Position numbers and translations under genes: made by a program. From assembly GCA_040384265.1 (NCBI GenBank), contig JAZKJM010000003.1:286711-350710 (forward strand): a stretch of DNA of 64,000 nt, written 5' to 3'. The notes under the pieces were generated by a model, which saw only the letters and a list, made by a program, of their open reading frames with translations, did no database searches and was not told where the DNA came from. Source of the DNA: Pseudomonadota bacterium (GTDB lineage: Bacteria; Pseudomonadota; Alphaproteobacteria; Rickettsiales; UBA3002). Each line of letters starts with the position of its first letter. The first letter of the stretch is position 1. This document shows positions 62,819 to 64,000 of the stretch, one piece after another.

Positions 62819-64000
62819 GCTTGCCCTCCTTCCTGCAGGCGGCGGTTGGCGGAGAAGCGCGACAGCACTTCCTCGCGCGGGCCGAGTGCTTCGATGGCGC
62901 CCTGGCGCAGCACCATGATTTTATCGACGGTGGCGAGGATGCTGGGGCGGTGGGCGACGATGATGGTGGTGATGCCCGCTTTTTTCATCTCGCTGATCGT
63001 GTGCATGAGCGCGCGTTCGCCATCGCCATCGAGGTTGCTGTTGGGCTCATCCAGGATCACCAGCTTGGGGTTGCCAAACAGCGCGCGGGCGAGGCCGATG
63101 CGCTGTTTCTGGCCGGGAGAGAGAACGGTGTTGCCGGGCACGTAGACGGTGTCGTAGCCGTTTTCGAACTGGAGGATCAGCTCGTGGACGCCGGCTTTCA
63201 TGGCAGCTTCGATGATGCGGGCGTCCGGCACGTCGTTTTGCAAACGGCCGATATTGTATTTAAGGGTGCCGGCGAAGAGATCGACCTGCTGCGGCAGGTA
63301 GCCGATATATTGCCCGACTTCGGCGCGGCCCCAGCGGAACAGCTCCTGCCCATCGAGCCGCACGGTGCCCATGGTCGGCAGGAACACGCCCGCAAGCGCT
63401 TTGCCAAGGGTGGATTTGCCCGCTGCGCTTGGGCCGATGATGCCAAGGCTTTCGCCCGGTTGCAGCTCGAAGGTGATGTTGCGCAAGGTGGGCTGGGTGG
63501 CGCGGCCGAAGCTGAGATAGAGCCCTTCGGCGGTGAGGCGGCCTTTAGGCGCGGGTAGGACGGTGGCGCCTTGCGGTGGCACAATATTGCGCATGACTAC
63601 ATGCAGGCGGTGATAGGCATCCCGCGCGCCGATCAGCTGCTTCCAGATGCTGATCGCATTATCGAACGGGGTCAGGGTGCGCTGGGCGAGGATGGAGGCG
63701 GCGATGAGCCCGCCGGAGGAAAGCTGGTTGTTGAGCGCCAGCCATGCGCCGACTGCGGTGATGGCGATTTGCAGCAGCATGCGCAGCGAGCGGGTGATGC
63801 CGTTGATGACGGCGCTGCGTTGCTGGGCGATGTCCTGCAGGGCGAGGCCGCGCTGGTTATCGGCCGTCCAGTTGGCGACGACGGCGTCGTTCATGCCCAT
63901 GGCGCAGATGGCCTCGGCGCCGCGGCCGATCATATCGGCATTGAGGGCGGACTCGACCGCTTTTTCATTGGCGCGCATGAGCGCTTTGCGCGTCGCGTAT
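62815..64000 (-). CDS. type I secretion system permease/ATPase (PrtD/HlyB-like; partial, N-terminus beyond window)
   Basis: Open to the window edge. Walker A GPSAAGKST, ABC signature LSPGQKQR, Walker B LVILDEP. Stop overlaps the hlyD start. Confidence 0.85.
   Translation of the reverse strand, partial: YATRKALMRANEKAVESALNADMIGRGAEAICAMGMNDAVVANWTADNQRGLALQDIAQQRSAVINGITRSLRMLLQIAITAVGAWLALNNQLSSGGLIAASILAQRTLTPFDNAISIWKQLIGARDAYHRLHVVMRNIVPPQGATVLPAPKGRLTAEGLYLSFGRATQPTLRNITFELQPGESLGIIGPSAAGKSTLGKALAGVFLPTMGTVRLDGQELFRWGRAEVGQYIGYLPQQVDLFAGTLKYNIGRLQNDVPDARIIEAAMKAGVHELILQFENGYDTVYVPGNTVLSPGQKQRIGLARALFGNPKLVILDEPNSNLDGDGERALMHTISEMKKAGITTIIVAHRPSILATVDKIMVLRQGAIEALGPREEVLSRFSANRRLQEGGQA

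Overview
High-GC, gene-dense chromosomal segment. Gene content suggests an alphaproteobacterium, but that is inference only, since no database search was possible.

Layout:
- 1-10.4 kb: polysaccharide/O-antigen-type cluster with SDR epimerases, WecB, two AsnB-type amidotransferases, a methyltransferase, a Wzm/Wzt ABC exporter and a GT4 glycosyltransferase.
- 10.4-11.8 kb: small low-GC islet abutting tRNA-Arg(CCG). It is bounded by a 61-bp direct repeat and by copies of the tRNA 3' end.
- 12.3-39.8 kb: mostly housekeeping genes (nrdAB, KimA-like permease, mnmC, murI, two EAL proteins around tRNA-Thr, ubiA, rsmE, gshA-like, orphan histidine kinase, comM, thiSG, aroQ, aat, ppx, ppk, sixA). There is also an uncharacterised membrane-protein/HExxH-protein pair.
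- 40.0-51.7 kb: minus-strand VirB/VirD4 type IV secretion operon (virD4, B11, B10, B9, B8, B6, B4, B2). I found no VirB1, B3, B5 or B7, and no relaxase.
- 52-64 kb: ridA-small ORF-EVE operon, scoA/scoB split by a pentapeptide-OmpA gene, two tandem DUF2336 paralogues, nadK, a DMT transporter, a GT4, and a type I secretion HlyD plus ABC gene (partial).

No rRNA, CRISPR array, transposase or integrase was recognised.

Most notable observations:
- A 1176-bp tandem duplication at the promoter-proximal end of the T4SS operon gives two identical virB2 pilin genes. One part of the repeat is 826 bp at 100% identity and the adjoining ~350 bp is strongly diverged. The junction is chimeric: ridA-5' fused to virB4-5'.
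- A ~100-nt two-hairpin intergenic element occurs twice and shows compensatory base-pair changes.
- The tRNA-Arg islet and its repeats.

Many long ORFs in the track are antisense shadow ORFs typical of high-GC DNA and were not called.
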